64,000 bases of DNA from Lytechinus pictus. Its lineage: Eukaryota. A model generated the notes under the pieces. The model was not told the DNA's origin. It worked only from the letters and a program-made list of their open reading frames with translations, and did no database searches. The DNA is taken from contig NC_087263.1 in assembly GCF_037042905.1 (NCBI RefSeq), forward strand, positions 9,300,001 to 9,364,000. The letters are read 5' to 3'. Shown piece after piece: positions 11,994-25,100 of this stretch (the stretch's first letter is position 1; every line of letters starts with the position of its first letter). Both the position numbers and the translations under genes were made by a program.

Positions 11994-13307
11994 AACCATA
12001 AACCTTTTATAAAGCTCTTTTGGTAATTTCCTTTTTGAAAATAGATAATCTGGTAATCCTGCTCACTCCAGTCATCTACTCTCTTTAACAGAATATAGCT
12101 TAAGCCTTATTATGTCTTATTCTAAATTTCAAAACCCTTTTCAAAACTCTGAGTCAAATCGACTGTAAAAACGTAGTTGCCAGTGGCCCTCTGCGTCAAT
12201 TTTCCAGTCAGTCGTTTAGTCAATCAATTAACTAAATGAAAATGGCATTTTAGTAGTAGACAGTTTCTATTGACAAGTGGGCGGCAACGGTAAATTTTTT
12301 ATGAAATGTCTGGCTTGATTTCGACAGAGTTACCGAATACTGATGCTTAAATTTATATCATTGTGTACATGGTGAAAATTAATGATCGTTTAAGTAAGAT
12401 TGATTATCCAAATAGACAAAGTCTTGACGACTTTGACTCCATTGGTAAGAGCACCCAGATAGCTGTCTATTGTTTAACCTCTCGTTTTCACGCATATGGC
12501 AACGCACATAAACAATAACACTTGCATTGCATATTTGCAGCTTTTCACTTTTCTTTCCACGGTACGCATGGGTGCCTTTGCCTTTGTACCTCGTGCAATC
12601 GATGGAGAAACAATTCCCAGTGAAAGAGACCGCACCATCACTTGACCTTTATTTAATCGTGTTTCACGCGAAAGTTTAAAACTAGCAATTGAATTGGAAA
12701 CAAAATATTTCTGTCTTCTGAAGTCGGAAGATCGAAGACGACGAGCCTGTCCCTGTTCGCCAGCGACCGCCGCGCCAGTTCGCCCGGTACGGCACGAGCA
12801 CCTGTGCTGTGGCTGGAGCCTGCCCTTGAGTTGTGGCCCTGGCCCTGTCCTTCTCACTGGACCCTGAGCATGTTTGGTAGCCGCTCAGCTCAGTCAGAAG
12901 AAATTAGTGATTATCTTGTCAGCTTTTGATCTTTCAGCTCAGAACATTTTAAAGTTGACTTAGTAAGACTTTGCAGGAAGGTAGGCCCTATTTTTGGCAG
13001 TTGAACTTGAAAGTTGAATGAAGTTTTCATCAAGATTCAATCAGACATTATCAAGTTCAACTTTCAGTCTCATTCAAAATCAAATTCAATTAATAAAACT
13101 CATGAAATTTCATTTAACTTTGTGATAGAGAGCGTTAATGTTACTATTGTTAGTGTTTTCTCTAATCCTTCTCTCATACTGATACCGTTACACAAGTAAA
13201 AGTATTAGAACCTAATTACCAATCATCAAAAGAAAAGAGTGAATTCTTATGACTATCACATCAGTATCAGCATTTGTCTAGCCAGGCTAGCCTAGGTTCA
13301 GTTGAAT

Positions 13308-15232
13308 AGACCTTATCACAAATAGCGTTGGTCGCGTGAGGGCGTATGTCACCGCAAAGGATCACGGGAATGAAAAGGGAGCAAACGCGGAATTAGACGG
13401 GAATAACCGTCATTTCTGGGGATTTCCTTCACAATTCTGACATTTCACCATAATGAGTGGAGCCAACGTAGTTCAGCAGAACAACCAAAATACAGAGACT
13501 GAAGCTTTTGGTCTAACGCGGAATCTGCTTTTGGGAAGCCATACAACGCCATATGTTTTGTGTAGTGTCACTCAAAATCCAGGCTTTTTTAAAAGTCTGA
13601 TTTCTTTGTATTGAGATTATTTTGGATACTTGAATGTGGATTTATAGAACAATCTTTGTATCATGATTGCACAGTGAAAGTATGAACTCAAAGCTCACCG
13701 TATTTTCCATGTTTTCTGGGGCTAAATTTGGGAAGATTTTGTGGGAAAAGTGAGCATGGTGAGAATCTCCAAAACAGTGGAGGGATCACCTAACAAGTCC
13801 TAAGACAAGAGAGAGAGAGAGGTGATTGCGAGTCAATGCCGATCGACTTTAGAAAAGAGAACGTCGGCGATCCGAAGAAAGCCTGAGGCTATTTTTCCAT
13901 TAAAGAATATTGATGAGAATCAAAATGTAGGCCATGATATATATTTTATCTCCATAACTAACTAGTAAATTTAGCTAGTTTTTTTTTATTTTGGGGGAAA
14001 TATAGTCCTTTGCAAATTGGACTTTTGCATGAGTTTGATCATTACAAAAATGGGGGGGGGGGGTGAGACTCGAGGATCGAGCGGCCGGAGAGATCAAATA
14101 AAAAGTATATTAAAAATAAGCTAGTGTGTATAACTGTATAATATATACATAATATACATATTAAGAAAGATATAAATAGGCTTATGACATGCAGAACTAA
14201 AGATTAAGCAAATCCCTGAATTTAAAACATTTTATAATGCCGTATAGGCCCTATAGTATTCTTCATGGTATCCCTCTAAGCTCTCTGTAATTTTATTTTT
14301 TCTGACTGAAATTAAGCAGCTGATGGATATTTAATTTATATAAATGATATATATTCCACTGTTTTAATAAAAAAAATATCATTTCAACATTGCATCTTCA
14401 ATTAATTTCATCGCATTCAGTCACTATAAATTACTTTTTTCACAGATCACCTTCCTCATTTCATTTTTTTTACTTTATTTTTCTCTCATTATACTTTTAT
14501 CTATTCTCACTTTTTTTTCTATTTAATTCATTATTTTGTCTTTGCAGTATTATAAAATCTTGGGACCAGGCCACTAATAAAAAAACGGCCATGATCCTGA
14601 ATTACATGCAATAATTATGTATCTGTGAAGAAAACACAGCTCGGTTATAATATCTGAATAAAATCATGATTGAGATAATTATATGAAACATGTATTTTTG
14701 ACAATCGATTGATATATTACTAAAATATATAACTAGAATAAAGTAATCAAGTTTGTTTTATTGATCATCATTTTATTGTTTTCCTTGGAATTCCGGGACT
14801 TTCCTCCATTCCTCGCCGACGTATACTGTCCATGGCATGGGTCGAGAGTGCCCGCAGTCCGTGCAGACAAGCGCACTTTGCACAGTCACAGCTGCAAAGC
14901 TCAGAATACGCACAGACAGTGCGCGAAAATGAAACAAAATTGCACTTTTCTTCATAAAATCTGTGGTAATTCTTGCAGCTATGGACAGCACATCTATCTC
15001 TGCCACCCATAATTAAGAAGAAAAGTGATGTTAGACTCTGGAACAAATATGACGAGGCGTTTACTGGAAGTTAGCAGAATGTTGGCTGCGGGCGTCGATC
15101 GTATTTTGATATAGTACTATGGAAATCGTACACTTTATTGTCGGCTGCTTGCGTTCGCATGGTCGCATCTGGACAATAGCGGTGCTTTTCGATCCCATGA
15201 TCCTTTGCGTGAATCTATTTGCGATAAGGTCT
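13308..15232. mobile_element. ISL2EU/PIF-Harbinger-like non-autonomous DNA transposon with a THAP-like remnant
   Basis: TIRs AGACCTTATCACAAATAG / CTATTTGCGATAAGGTCT, plus an inner inverted match (CGCAAAGGATCAYGGGA). AT dinucleotide on both flanks. The - strand reads MGGRDRCAVHSCKN (CxxxxC, THAP-like start) at ~15010. Confidence 0.6.
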
Positions 15233-15378
15233 ATCATACATTATTTTTCAGTAGTCGGCTCAACTTCCTCAAGGCATCTATCTTACTTGTTAGACCTTTA
15301 TTATGTTTGACCCATGTATTCTATTTTTATATTACCAGGTTTTATTGGAAGAATTGTCCAGGTCTGGGGCCAATCACC

Positions 15379-16134
15379 ATGGCTCCAATACACCTAGTTC
15401 AAACCTTTGCATCTCAAACAATGTTTGGGGATATCGATGCGAAAAATGTGACTTTCATCATCGATACATCAGGAAGCATGTACCCCTACCTTCCTGCCGT
15501 CAAAGATCACCTGAATGAGGTCCTCTTAGCGAGGGCGCATCGAGAGAAAGACTCCATGTTCAATGTGATCGAGTTTGCATCGTCTGTGACACCATGGGCT
15601 GATCGGATGGTACGCTGCACACCACCAACGGTCAAGGTTGCTAGTGAGTGGGTCAATAAGCTCTCTTGCTCCGATGGCACGAACACTCTTGATGCCCTCA
15701 CAGTGGCTTTCTCCGACCCTGTCTGTGAGGCCGTCTACCTTGTCTCGGATGGACTTCCTGACCAGCAGCCGAGGGAGATCCAGAAACAAGTTGCACTGGT
15801 CAGCGAAGGCCGCCCGATTCATGCCATCTACCTTACTGGACTGCATATGGAAGTAGCCGCACAGGAGTTCCTGGAGAGCCTAGCTGCTCAAACCCTTGGT
15901 ACTTTCCATGTCATTAGCATGACCAGACATGGTGCCATTGAGCGGGTCGAAGCGGTTGTGACGTCAGACCATAGTCCCCTCAGAATACAGAAGGCTATGT
16001 ACAGAAAGCAGCAGGAAGCAGAAATACCTTTGACGACCCTCGACAACCCGCCCATCGCAGAAGAAACAACCTATTCCGTTCAAGGTGGAGTTCCAGCCAC
16101 AAGCATTAAAACAACTCTAGATAACCCTCCACAC
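15379..16134 (+). CDS. VWA/DUF4537 gene coding exon 1: von Willebrand factor A domain
   Basis: MIDAS motifs FIIDTSGSM, GTNTLDAL and YLVSDGLPD. Acceptor CAG at 15338, Kozak ACCATGG, donor CAC|GTAAGT. Confidence 0.9.
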
Positions 16135-19100
16135 GTAAGTAGGATCTCATTCTTTGTTTCAAGGAGATTTGATCATTCCAACATTTGCACTGGAACATTC
16201 AATCAAACAAAGGTTTTGGAGGCTCAATCCATTGTTAACACACAGCTTGTCCCTCCATGCCCTTGACTGATCATAAAGTTACATTGTCACTTTTATGTAT
16301 GATTAAAAAAAAAATAACTATGTGCAAAATTAATATTTGCTTGATTCAGTTTTTTTTGGTGCCACAATTGATTATTTTCAATTACCCATTTTCATCCTAT
16401 AGTGATACAAGCCATAATGGCTTCAAGTCTAGTTTGTTGTGTAAAATTTCAAATATAGGGCCTATTTATATATTTTTAAGTCGCCATTTAAATATATTGG
16501 AAAGGCTAAAAATGATGAAAAATGGAGGCATGGGATGGCTTCCTTTTCAAAGTATGGCATCTTGCTTGAATGCTCCCCAGGGAATGGAGAAATTGTTGCA
16601 GGCAAGCCAGGATCCGATGACCACGGTAATAAAAGCGTTAAGCACTTAAATGAAGATAGAGACATTGTATGAATTGCTATTAAAACAAAAGCAGAATGTA
16701 GGTATTATCAATTTTTTTATTTTATTTTTTAATTTGTGTCGGTTTTTTTTTCTTTCTTATTATTTTTTTTTATTTGTTATCAATTCGATAATATTTTATT
16801 CTATTTTGATAGTCTTTTCAGGTATTAGCCCCCTACTGAAGAAATCCCCATAAACAGGTTCTTGTTTTTAAGTAGAATTTATCTCTTTATAATCATAAAT
16901 GCGATATTAATCTGTCCATTTGAATTATCTTGACAGAGTGCCACAATAACTTATAAAACTGAAGGTATTGAGAAACCGGTAAAGTACTGCAGTGTGACAA
17001 CGTCTCTGGACCACAATCCTGTTCCAGAAACAGTTATCGTCAGGGAGTCTTTGGCACCGAGAACTGTTGTTCAGATACCTGCAGCAACTGCATGGGAGAC
17101 CGTCAGGTAAGTGTCATTCCAGAATGGTACTTGGCTTTGTAATCTCAGCTAAAAAGTTCTACATGTATCTTCAGTATGAAGACACAGGAACAAAATAATG
17201 AACTTAACTCTATGAAGTCTGGTAGTGCACTGCTTTATTTACTGGGCTTCCTTGCCTCAGTAAAACTCAGAATTGCATTACAAAATTAGTATTTATTCAA
17301 ATTACACAAAATCAACCAATGGAAATAAAGAGAATGGAGAAGCCAACTGAAAGAGGAAAAGTCTAATTCATAAAAATAACCAATAAGAGATAGAGGATGG
17401 AGATGAATAAGATGTTGGGATGATTACATAATAAGAATGTTGAACAAAAGAATCAGATGTGGGAATGTAATGAATGAACACATCTGAATAGGAAAGGAAT
17501 GACAGGAGAAACAGGTTGAAAGTCAAATGTAAATGAATGACAACAGAAAATCAAGAATGTAAACAAAGCTGAACTAAATACCAAAGCGTGAACTGTTAAT
17601 AACTAAACTATTATTAAAGGAAACCAAATGTCAAAACAGTCCTACAATACTGTACAACACATACATACACGTATAGGGGTGAATATGTTTCAGTTTCTTG
17701 TCAGTTTAACCAAGGGGGTTTAAATGAGATGTAGTAACAGCAAACAAAATCCCTTTGAACAAGCTTCGAAGCAGCCAGCAGAAAGTATGTCAGGCATGCA
17801 CTTTGCTCAACATCTCTTGCAATTGTGTAGACAAATGATTCCCGCATGACTCTGCAGCTACAGTATAGGTCATACAGAAAGGGAAATATGATTTTGTGAT
17901 GATAGTTACTTTTTAGCCGCATCTTGGTCTGGTTATATGTGTAGTACATAATTCGGAGGCATGCGAAAATAAACTATGCAATGTGTCCTGAAATATGACT
18001 CAAATTTGCTCGACTGGGCATGTGCGGGCACTCATCTGGCATATACAGTAATGAACAACAATATTCCACCGACCACATTTGAAATTTTCATTCGCCGCAA
18101 ATGATCGTAAAAGTGTTAAAATCTGGTTTCAGTAAAGGTCAAATTCTTTTTTTTTCACTAATTAAAGGTTAATTGATATAATCTGGGCAAATATCTTGTC
18201 GTAATAGTGCTTGGTTATTGATGTTTTGTCATGCATTCAAATTTCAGTTTGGTTATTAATATGAAAGATGGAAAATCGATACAAATGAATATTCGTAAAA
18301 TTTCACCCCTCGGATTTCTTCAATGAAACTGGCGGCTTCGAAGCTGGACATTAAAAGGGTCCTAATTGCCGTTCTTTCTTTTGTGCTTCTTTAGAAATGA
18401 ACAGCTGCTTGAATAAATTTGTTGACTGTTGGAACTCCAGTCATAGAATTTCCTTGGTTTAACTAACCCTAGTAATACTGACCCTTCGAAATCTCTTTCA
18501 TAATTCCATGCCTTTGATAGTTGGATCATAGTATGGATTTTGCATTCTTAATATTTTAGAACTGAGCCTGCGGTCAATCGGATTATCTCAGTCCCACCTA
18601 TAAGCTCTGTTGAACTGTTGGAGGGGATGAAGGTTTTAGCAAGGAGAGAGAAAGATGGCTATTACTGTCCTGGTACAATCAGAGAAAGGGTAAGAATCTT
18701 AGTTCCTTTTTTTTCTTTCAAGATCTGAGGGTACTCGACAAAGATTTAAGTGTGACTAAAAATTGCACTTTTAGATTTCAAGTTGTGTGTGGTAACAATT
18801 CATCATTGAATTAGTATTCAATGGTTTAATTTCCTTAGAAAACGTTAAAAACCACATTTCTAGAAAATGTTGTTTTTCTTTCAGATAAATTTTGCAGGAA
18901 TATTTTTTTTCTGGGCCCCTTACACTCTTAAAATAGTTGGGCAAATAAATGCCCAACTTTCAACTAACCCTGGGCAACATACTGGCCACACAACCATTGG
19001 TTAAAATCTGCCCAAATTGGGTAATAAATTTGCTCAATTGGATAATGATTGCCCAGAATATATATATATATTTTTTACCAACATACATTACCCAACACAG

Positions 19101-22100
19101 TGGAAAGTATGTTGCCCAACATTTTAAGTGTGTAACATTAAGAGATAATTTAATATTCAATTTCAATTGTCACATACAGTAGTTTATCATTGATTTAAAG
19201 TTATTGTTCAACTTTTTTATTTTTAGACAGCTTATTCTGATTATTGCAAATGATATATGAGCTGTAAAGTCTCATAATATGATATCCATTCCATGGAAGT
19301 ATTTTGAAATGAAGATTTTAACTTTGCTTCGACTACCTTAATCCTGACAGCTATCGGCAATGCGCTCCTTCTTGGTGTTCTTCGACAAGGATCCATCAGG
19401 AGGGAAATGCCAGCGTCTGCTGCAGGAGACTTCAATATATGATATCAAGGCATACAATGATGCCATGCGGCACCCAGTGGTTCCTGGAGACAAGGTTTTG
19501 GCTCCTTGGGAGAAAGCAGGATACCGCTTTGCTCCTGGTATAGTTCTTGATGGCATAGAGGGACGGTCCACTGGATGTGAGTTATTAATCTTTCACCCGT
19601 AATGAAAAAAAGTGTTTCAAGCAAAACCATGATTTAACTGCTTTGTGATGATTGATTATTTGTAGCTTCAATTGATCAGATTTTCTTGTTCTAATTGGCA
19701 TCACTGCTGTTTTCTGCTTTTTTATGCACCATGGACCTGAAGTCAATAAGAATTTTAACAAAATTGTGTTTATAAAAATGTTGGAAATTTTCCAGTTTGC
19801 CTAAAAGCATTTTTTTCTCCAAACTTTCAATTACATTTTCAACATAAGGATCTCCCTCTAAATGCTGTATTCTGTAATATTGCCAAATGAAGTAAATCAC
19901 TGCAATCCAAGTGGGTACAGAAGGTGTTGTTTTTACTGTTGTTTTTTTGTTTACATGTATTTGATATTCTGGAAGGCTCATCATCAAACCTTATTGCATG
20001 ATTTTATTCCTTTTTCATGAATGGGTTGTTGATATAACTATGCAACACGATACTTATTAATGTTGGTACTCTAACTATTAAAAACTACATTAGAACATAG
20101 ACTAGGTGCAATAATTTTGATGAATTTTAAACCATGCAACAAAAAATCAACAGATTCATGAAGAACAGAAAATTAACAGCATAGTAAACAACATTGTTTT
20201 AGTCATATAGTAAACTTTAATATGAAGAAACATTTAAGACCAACATTTTCATTTTATTAGCATCTATGATGACACCCTTAAAAACAGAAAATGTATTAAT
20301 TAGTCCTGTTTAAACCCCCCTTCTCTTGTATTGTTGATTTAGGTAATGCTGATTCGAGTCATCTGGTGGTAAGTTTCTTCAATGGTAAAACTGCCAAGGT
20401 GACAAAACAAACAGCAATTTGGATACCCCACAGCGAATACGAGCGACACCGAATCGAAATCCAAATGCCACTAACAGCCCGGCACTACGTCGTCAACGAC
20501 CCAAGCTATGAGCGCTCCATCAGCGGTTACACCGTACCCAGCACGCTTCATGATGATGGAGCTATGGTTGGGTTACCGGTCCTTCAGAAGGGGCGTGTCT
20601 ACGTCCCCATGGTGATGACAGCGTCCGAGGTTCGGGACTATGGCAGGACTGGTGGCAGTGTCCGGGAGAGCGCGGTGAAAAGCGAGGACATGCACGCGCT
20701 GATCCCCGGGACGGGAATGACCCGGCAGGAACTGAACGTCAAGGTCATGAAGCAGCTCATGGACAACAAGATGATGGGGAGTGGCATCCTTAAGGAAGGG
20801 GGCGATGCCCACGCCAGTGCCAAGTCCCCGAAGACTTCGACCCTGCAGAAGAGTGTGTCTTTCAACGATGACAGCTTTGGGTTGGACAGCGGGATCAGCT
20901 CCATCAAGACTGAACAGGATTTGGAAGAGTTTAAAACGGAAGAGGAGAAACTGGAGAGAGAGGTGGAGGAAATGAAGCAGAAGATTGAAGAATCAAAACG
21001 AGAGATATCTTCCTTGATAGGTATGTTCCCTTAGCTAATCATTCTGTATCACTTCAATAATGTGCTGTTTGTGGAGTGTTGTGGCCCAGTGGATTAGTCT
21101 CTGGACTTTGAAACAGAGGGTCGTGGGTTCGAATCCCAGCCATGGCGTAATTTCCTTCAGCAAGAAATTTATCCACATTGTGCCGCACTCGACCCAGGTG
21201 AGGTGAATGGGTACCCGGTAGGAAGAAATTCCTTGAATGCTCGAGCGCCCGATCAAGGTAGCTGTGCTAAAGCCGGGGTGGTAATAATAATAGCAGGGCT
21301 CGCTGGGAAAACAGTTTTCGGAACTGAAGTGGCTACCCTGGGTAAATATGCTGTTATTATTATTATTATTGATAATGATTTTTGTGAGAAAGGACTGATT
21401 AAAAGAATGATTAATGAATAGCTGTCATACCTGTCGAAGATCAGGGGAGTGTTTCACTAAACAAATAATGATTATATTGACTATTTGTTAAAAGCTACTG
21501 AAATCCTTGCATCTGATTGGCTCAAAATAGATTAGTCTGTGAAAATCGCCGACTATTTGCTTGGTGAAACTCTAACCTGATACCCATTTTCTGAAAGAAA
21601 AGAAAGAAAAAAGAATGGATATTCAATCAAAATGCTTTAGAGTGGGTTGCCCAAAGGCTTGCTTCAAAGAGCCTAGTGCAAGCCCCAAAAGATTATACTC
21701 TACCAATATCCTACTGTCTCTGTTGTCCTGACTTCAGCTCAACTCTTCACTTGGTGATTGACAACACCTGTTACCTGAGAAAATACCCTATAGCACTCGC
21801 ATCCTTTGGCAAGGCACTTATATACATTTTCCACTCTCTACCCAGGTGTAGTAAATGGGTACACGGTGCAAAGAAATTCTGTGAATGCTGGAGCGCTCGA
21901 TCAAGGTAGCCATGTTAAAGCCTGGGTAATGTTAACATTATCATGTGAAGCAGGGCCTGCTGGGAGAACCGTTTCTGACCTGAAGTGGCTACCCCGGGTA
22001 AAATATCACATTAATTATGTTATTATACATGTAGATGTCATAATCCCCATGATTGCTGACAGACTTTAATATGCAGATTTCCTTGGGAGCCATCGCCTCA

Positions 22101-25100
22101 AGGAAAGGTGGATGCATCTTTCTAAGCAGCCAACTGATACTAACTAATCCCCAACTCTCTTTGTATTTTCTTTAATAATTGCTCATCACAGATGCAGGGA
22201 TTCAGACAATGTCTCTCAGAGACACATCCGTGGGAACGGACTCCTCGCTGCTCTACCATAAAGGGATGCGACGACCGAAGTCTGCCAAGGCCGAGGTCGG
22301 CTCGAGGCCGCAGTGGAAGTATTGGAGGCGAATGCAGAAGCCTCGAAGCACACATCAGGAGCTGGTTGGTCCGTTCCGAGATACAGCGTTGGAAGCATCT
22401 AAGGATGCTAAGCTGCATGCATCTCCTCAGTCGTCGTATGTCTTTGAAGATAAAGATGTCTACGCTCCCGTGAATAAATCCTCTATGTTTACACCGGTAA
22501 TGAAGTAGAATTTGTTTTTTGTTTATATGGGGAGGGGAGGGGGGTATTAAAGCGACGTTGGCTCAGTCGGTATTGTGTCTGCTTGTCAAACCAAAGGTCG
22601 TGGGTTCAAGTCCACCCCAGGCAGATGACTGAAGCCTGTGATGTGTGTAAACGTCTCTACTTTGTTCTATAGATGTAGGCTGTGTTACAGTGGAAAACAC
22701 TCCTTCCCTCAGATAAGACGTTAAAAGGAGGCCCTGTGTAGAGGAAAGTCACCACCTTTGCATGTTCAGAACCCACTGCACTATTCGTAGAATAGGGGGG
22801 AACCCCAGTGTTGTGGTCCATCTGCACTCCCCCAATCAGTTATATCGGGAGGAGATACCTGTGCGGCATAGTGATTCGGTTCACTTTTCGCCTCCCAGGC
22901 ACAGGTGATGTCAAACAAATAATAATACATAATATATTTAACTATCATTGACTGCAGTCATTTAATTTTGTCCCCGGGGATTTAAGCTCTCAAAATAGCC
23001 GATCTAAATTATGGTTAATGGGGCAGAAGTTCTCTAAGCAGGCACAAAACATGTGCTTAAGGTTTGAAAGCTTCGCAAATAGTATGTTGGAGTCGCTTTG
23101 GTGTCATTTTTCATTCAGGGCTAGGTTTAGAGTGATTTTTTCAATCAATTCATTCTTCAGGTTGATGATGACTATTCACCGGTCCGGACCGACCGCGCCC
23201 AGGTGGAGTGGGAGATGCGGAGGCCACGCCCCCGCACTGCCCATGTCGGCCCCTTTCGTGATACCGCCCTCGAGGCTCCGATGGAAGCCAAGCTGCAGAC
23301 GACGTACCATGAAGATCAGGGTCCCTTCAATAGATCAGCAGTCTTTACTCCGGTAAGTAACGTTGTCCTATATTCACAGGGATGGTGGCAGGGTATATTT
23401 ATGGGGGAGGGGGGGGGGGACAGGGACCCAACAATGATATATTTTCACCATTGAAGTAAAGGGGTATCATAGAATTTCATGGCCTATATCTCTCTTTTTG
23501 AAAGCTTTCTTTCTAACTTTTTTCCTTTCTTCTTTTTCCATTCCTTGAAATATTATAGGTGGCTGTTTTCCCCCCTTAGCGCCTCCACTGCATAACGGGG
23601 TTTAATGCACTTTTGGTCTAAAAGCTATCTTCATTTTTTTTTAAAGCATGTATACACATTGGTATCCATAATGAATCAAGCATGGTAATTTATTTAATGT
23701 AAGATAAAAAGAGCAATGTACATGTAGATTTTTTAAAATGCTGTGGTCATGGGCCATGCCGGTAATCCAACCCATGACTTTCATTGGGTAGTCGGACACC
23801 TTAGGCCACTCGGCCACAGCACCTCGCCTATCATCATTCATTAAAAACAAAATCTGTATTTGCATGAAATATTTGGCATATACACTCCCCTCCAAAAGTT
23901 TGGGAACACCTGCCTTCAGTGTGTGTTTTTCGAACTTTGGTAAACTTTACTGAGGTTAAGCCTCATAGTACAGCTGTATTTTTATTTTAAAGTGAAGGCT
24001 ACACACCAGTGTACATTTTATCATTGATTCAAACAAATTCAAAGCTCTTAAGGGACGTGCAGCTGCCAAAGAGGGCAGGCTACCAGTCAAGATGGCATTC
24101 TCTAAAAAATGCTTATTTCTTTTAACATTGTTCTGTTTGGGGTTCTTTTCTGAAATTCTTCCCATTATTTTGTGAATGTTTCAGCAGATGTCCTCAGAAT
24201 TTGTTACTCAGTATTGTTCATAAGACAGTTAATTTATGGAAATCTGCATCTTTATCCTGGAAAACATCTGAACTTGACAAATGCCTAATCCTTCTTTAAA
24301 GAAAATACATGGAAGTGGAGTAGACATCAGTGCAATTTGAAATTCATGAATTCAAAAGTTATTCAGAGTTTTTTACACTTATTCCAGTGCACCTTCACTC
24401 ATTTTGCCTATTCAGTTTTCTAAGTCAGAAGTCAGTCACAAAATTAAAATGGCTAAGACAAGACAGCTTTGTTTGGAAACACGTCAGTCAATAGTAGTTT
24501 TGAGGAAAGAAGGCTACTCCGTGCAAGAAATAGCCAGGAAACTCAAGATCAGTATCCATGCGGTTCACTACAGCCTGAAACGCAAAGAGGCCACTGGGTC
24601 TAATGGGAACAGGAGACGAAGTGGTAGGCCAAAAACAACATCTCCTGCTGAAGATAAATACATTCGGGTGAGCAGTCTGCGCAACCGTTGTCTGACTTGC
24701 CCACAAATTACAGCTGACCTCAACAACACCCGTGAGATGCCTGTATGTTCTTCAACTGTTAGAAGACGTCTCTGTGGAGCAGGGCTGATGGGCTGTGTAA
24801 CTTCAAGGAAACCACTCCTCAAAGAAAAGAACCGGAAGAAAAGGCTTGCTTGGGCTAGGAAGCATAAAGACTGGTCTTTGGAGCAGTGGCAGAAGGTTCT
24901 TTGGTCTGATGAATCAAAGTTCGAGGTGTTTGGCAGCAAGCAACGTACCTATGTGAGACGGCGAAAGAGAGAAAAGATGCTACCCCGGTGCATCAAGCCA
25001 ACTGTGAAACATGGTGGTGGTAATGTCATGGTTTGCGGTTGCTTTGGTGCAGGAAAGGTAGGCAGCTTGCACAGAGTAGAGGGTATCCTCAACCAGCACG

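Noticed and set aside
15205-15378. N-terminal extension of the VWA ORF
   Set aside because: It starts at a non-ATG codon inside the transposon TIR and crosses a clear acceptor at 15338. ACCATGG at 15379 is the better start.
17706-18462. Possible piggyBac-like element (TTAACCAAGG ... CCTTGGTTTTAA)
   Set aside because: The inverted match is only ~8 bp and the right TTAA is offset; not enough support.
21072-21145. tRNA-like sequences here and at ~22550, 45600, 53210, 56620 and 58540
   Set aside because: They lack a paired acceptor stem and continue into shared SINE bodies and tails, so they are SINE heads, not tRNA genes.
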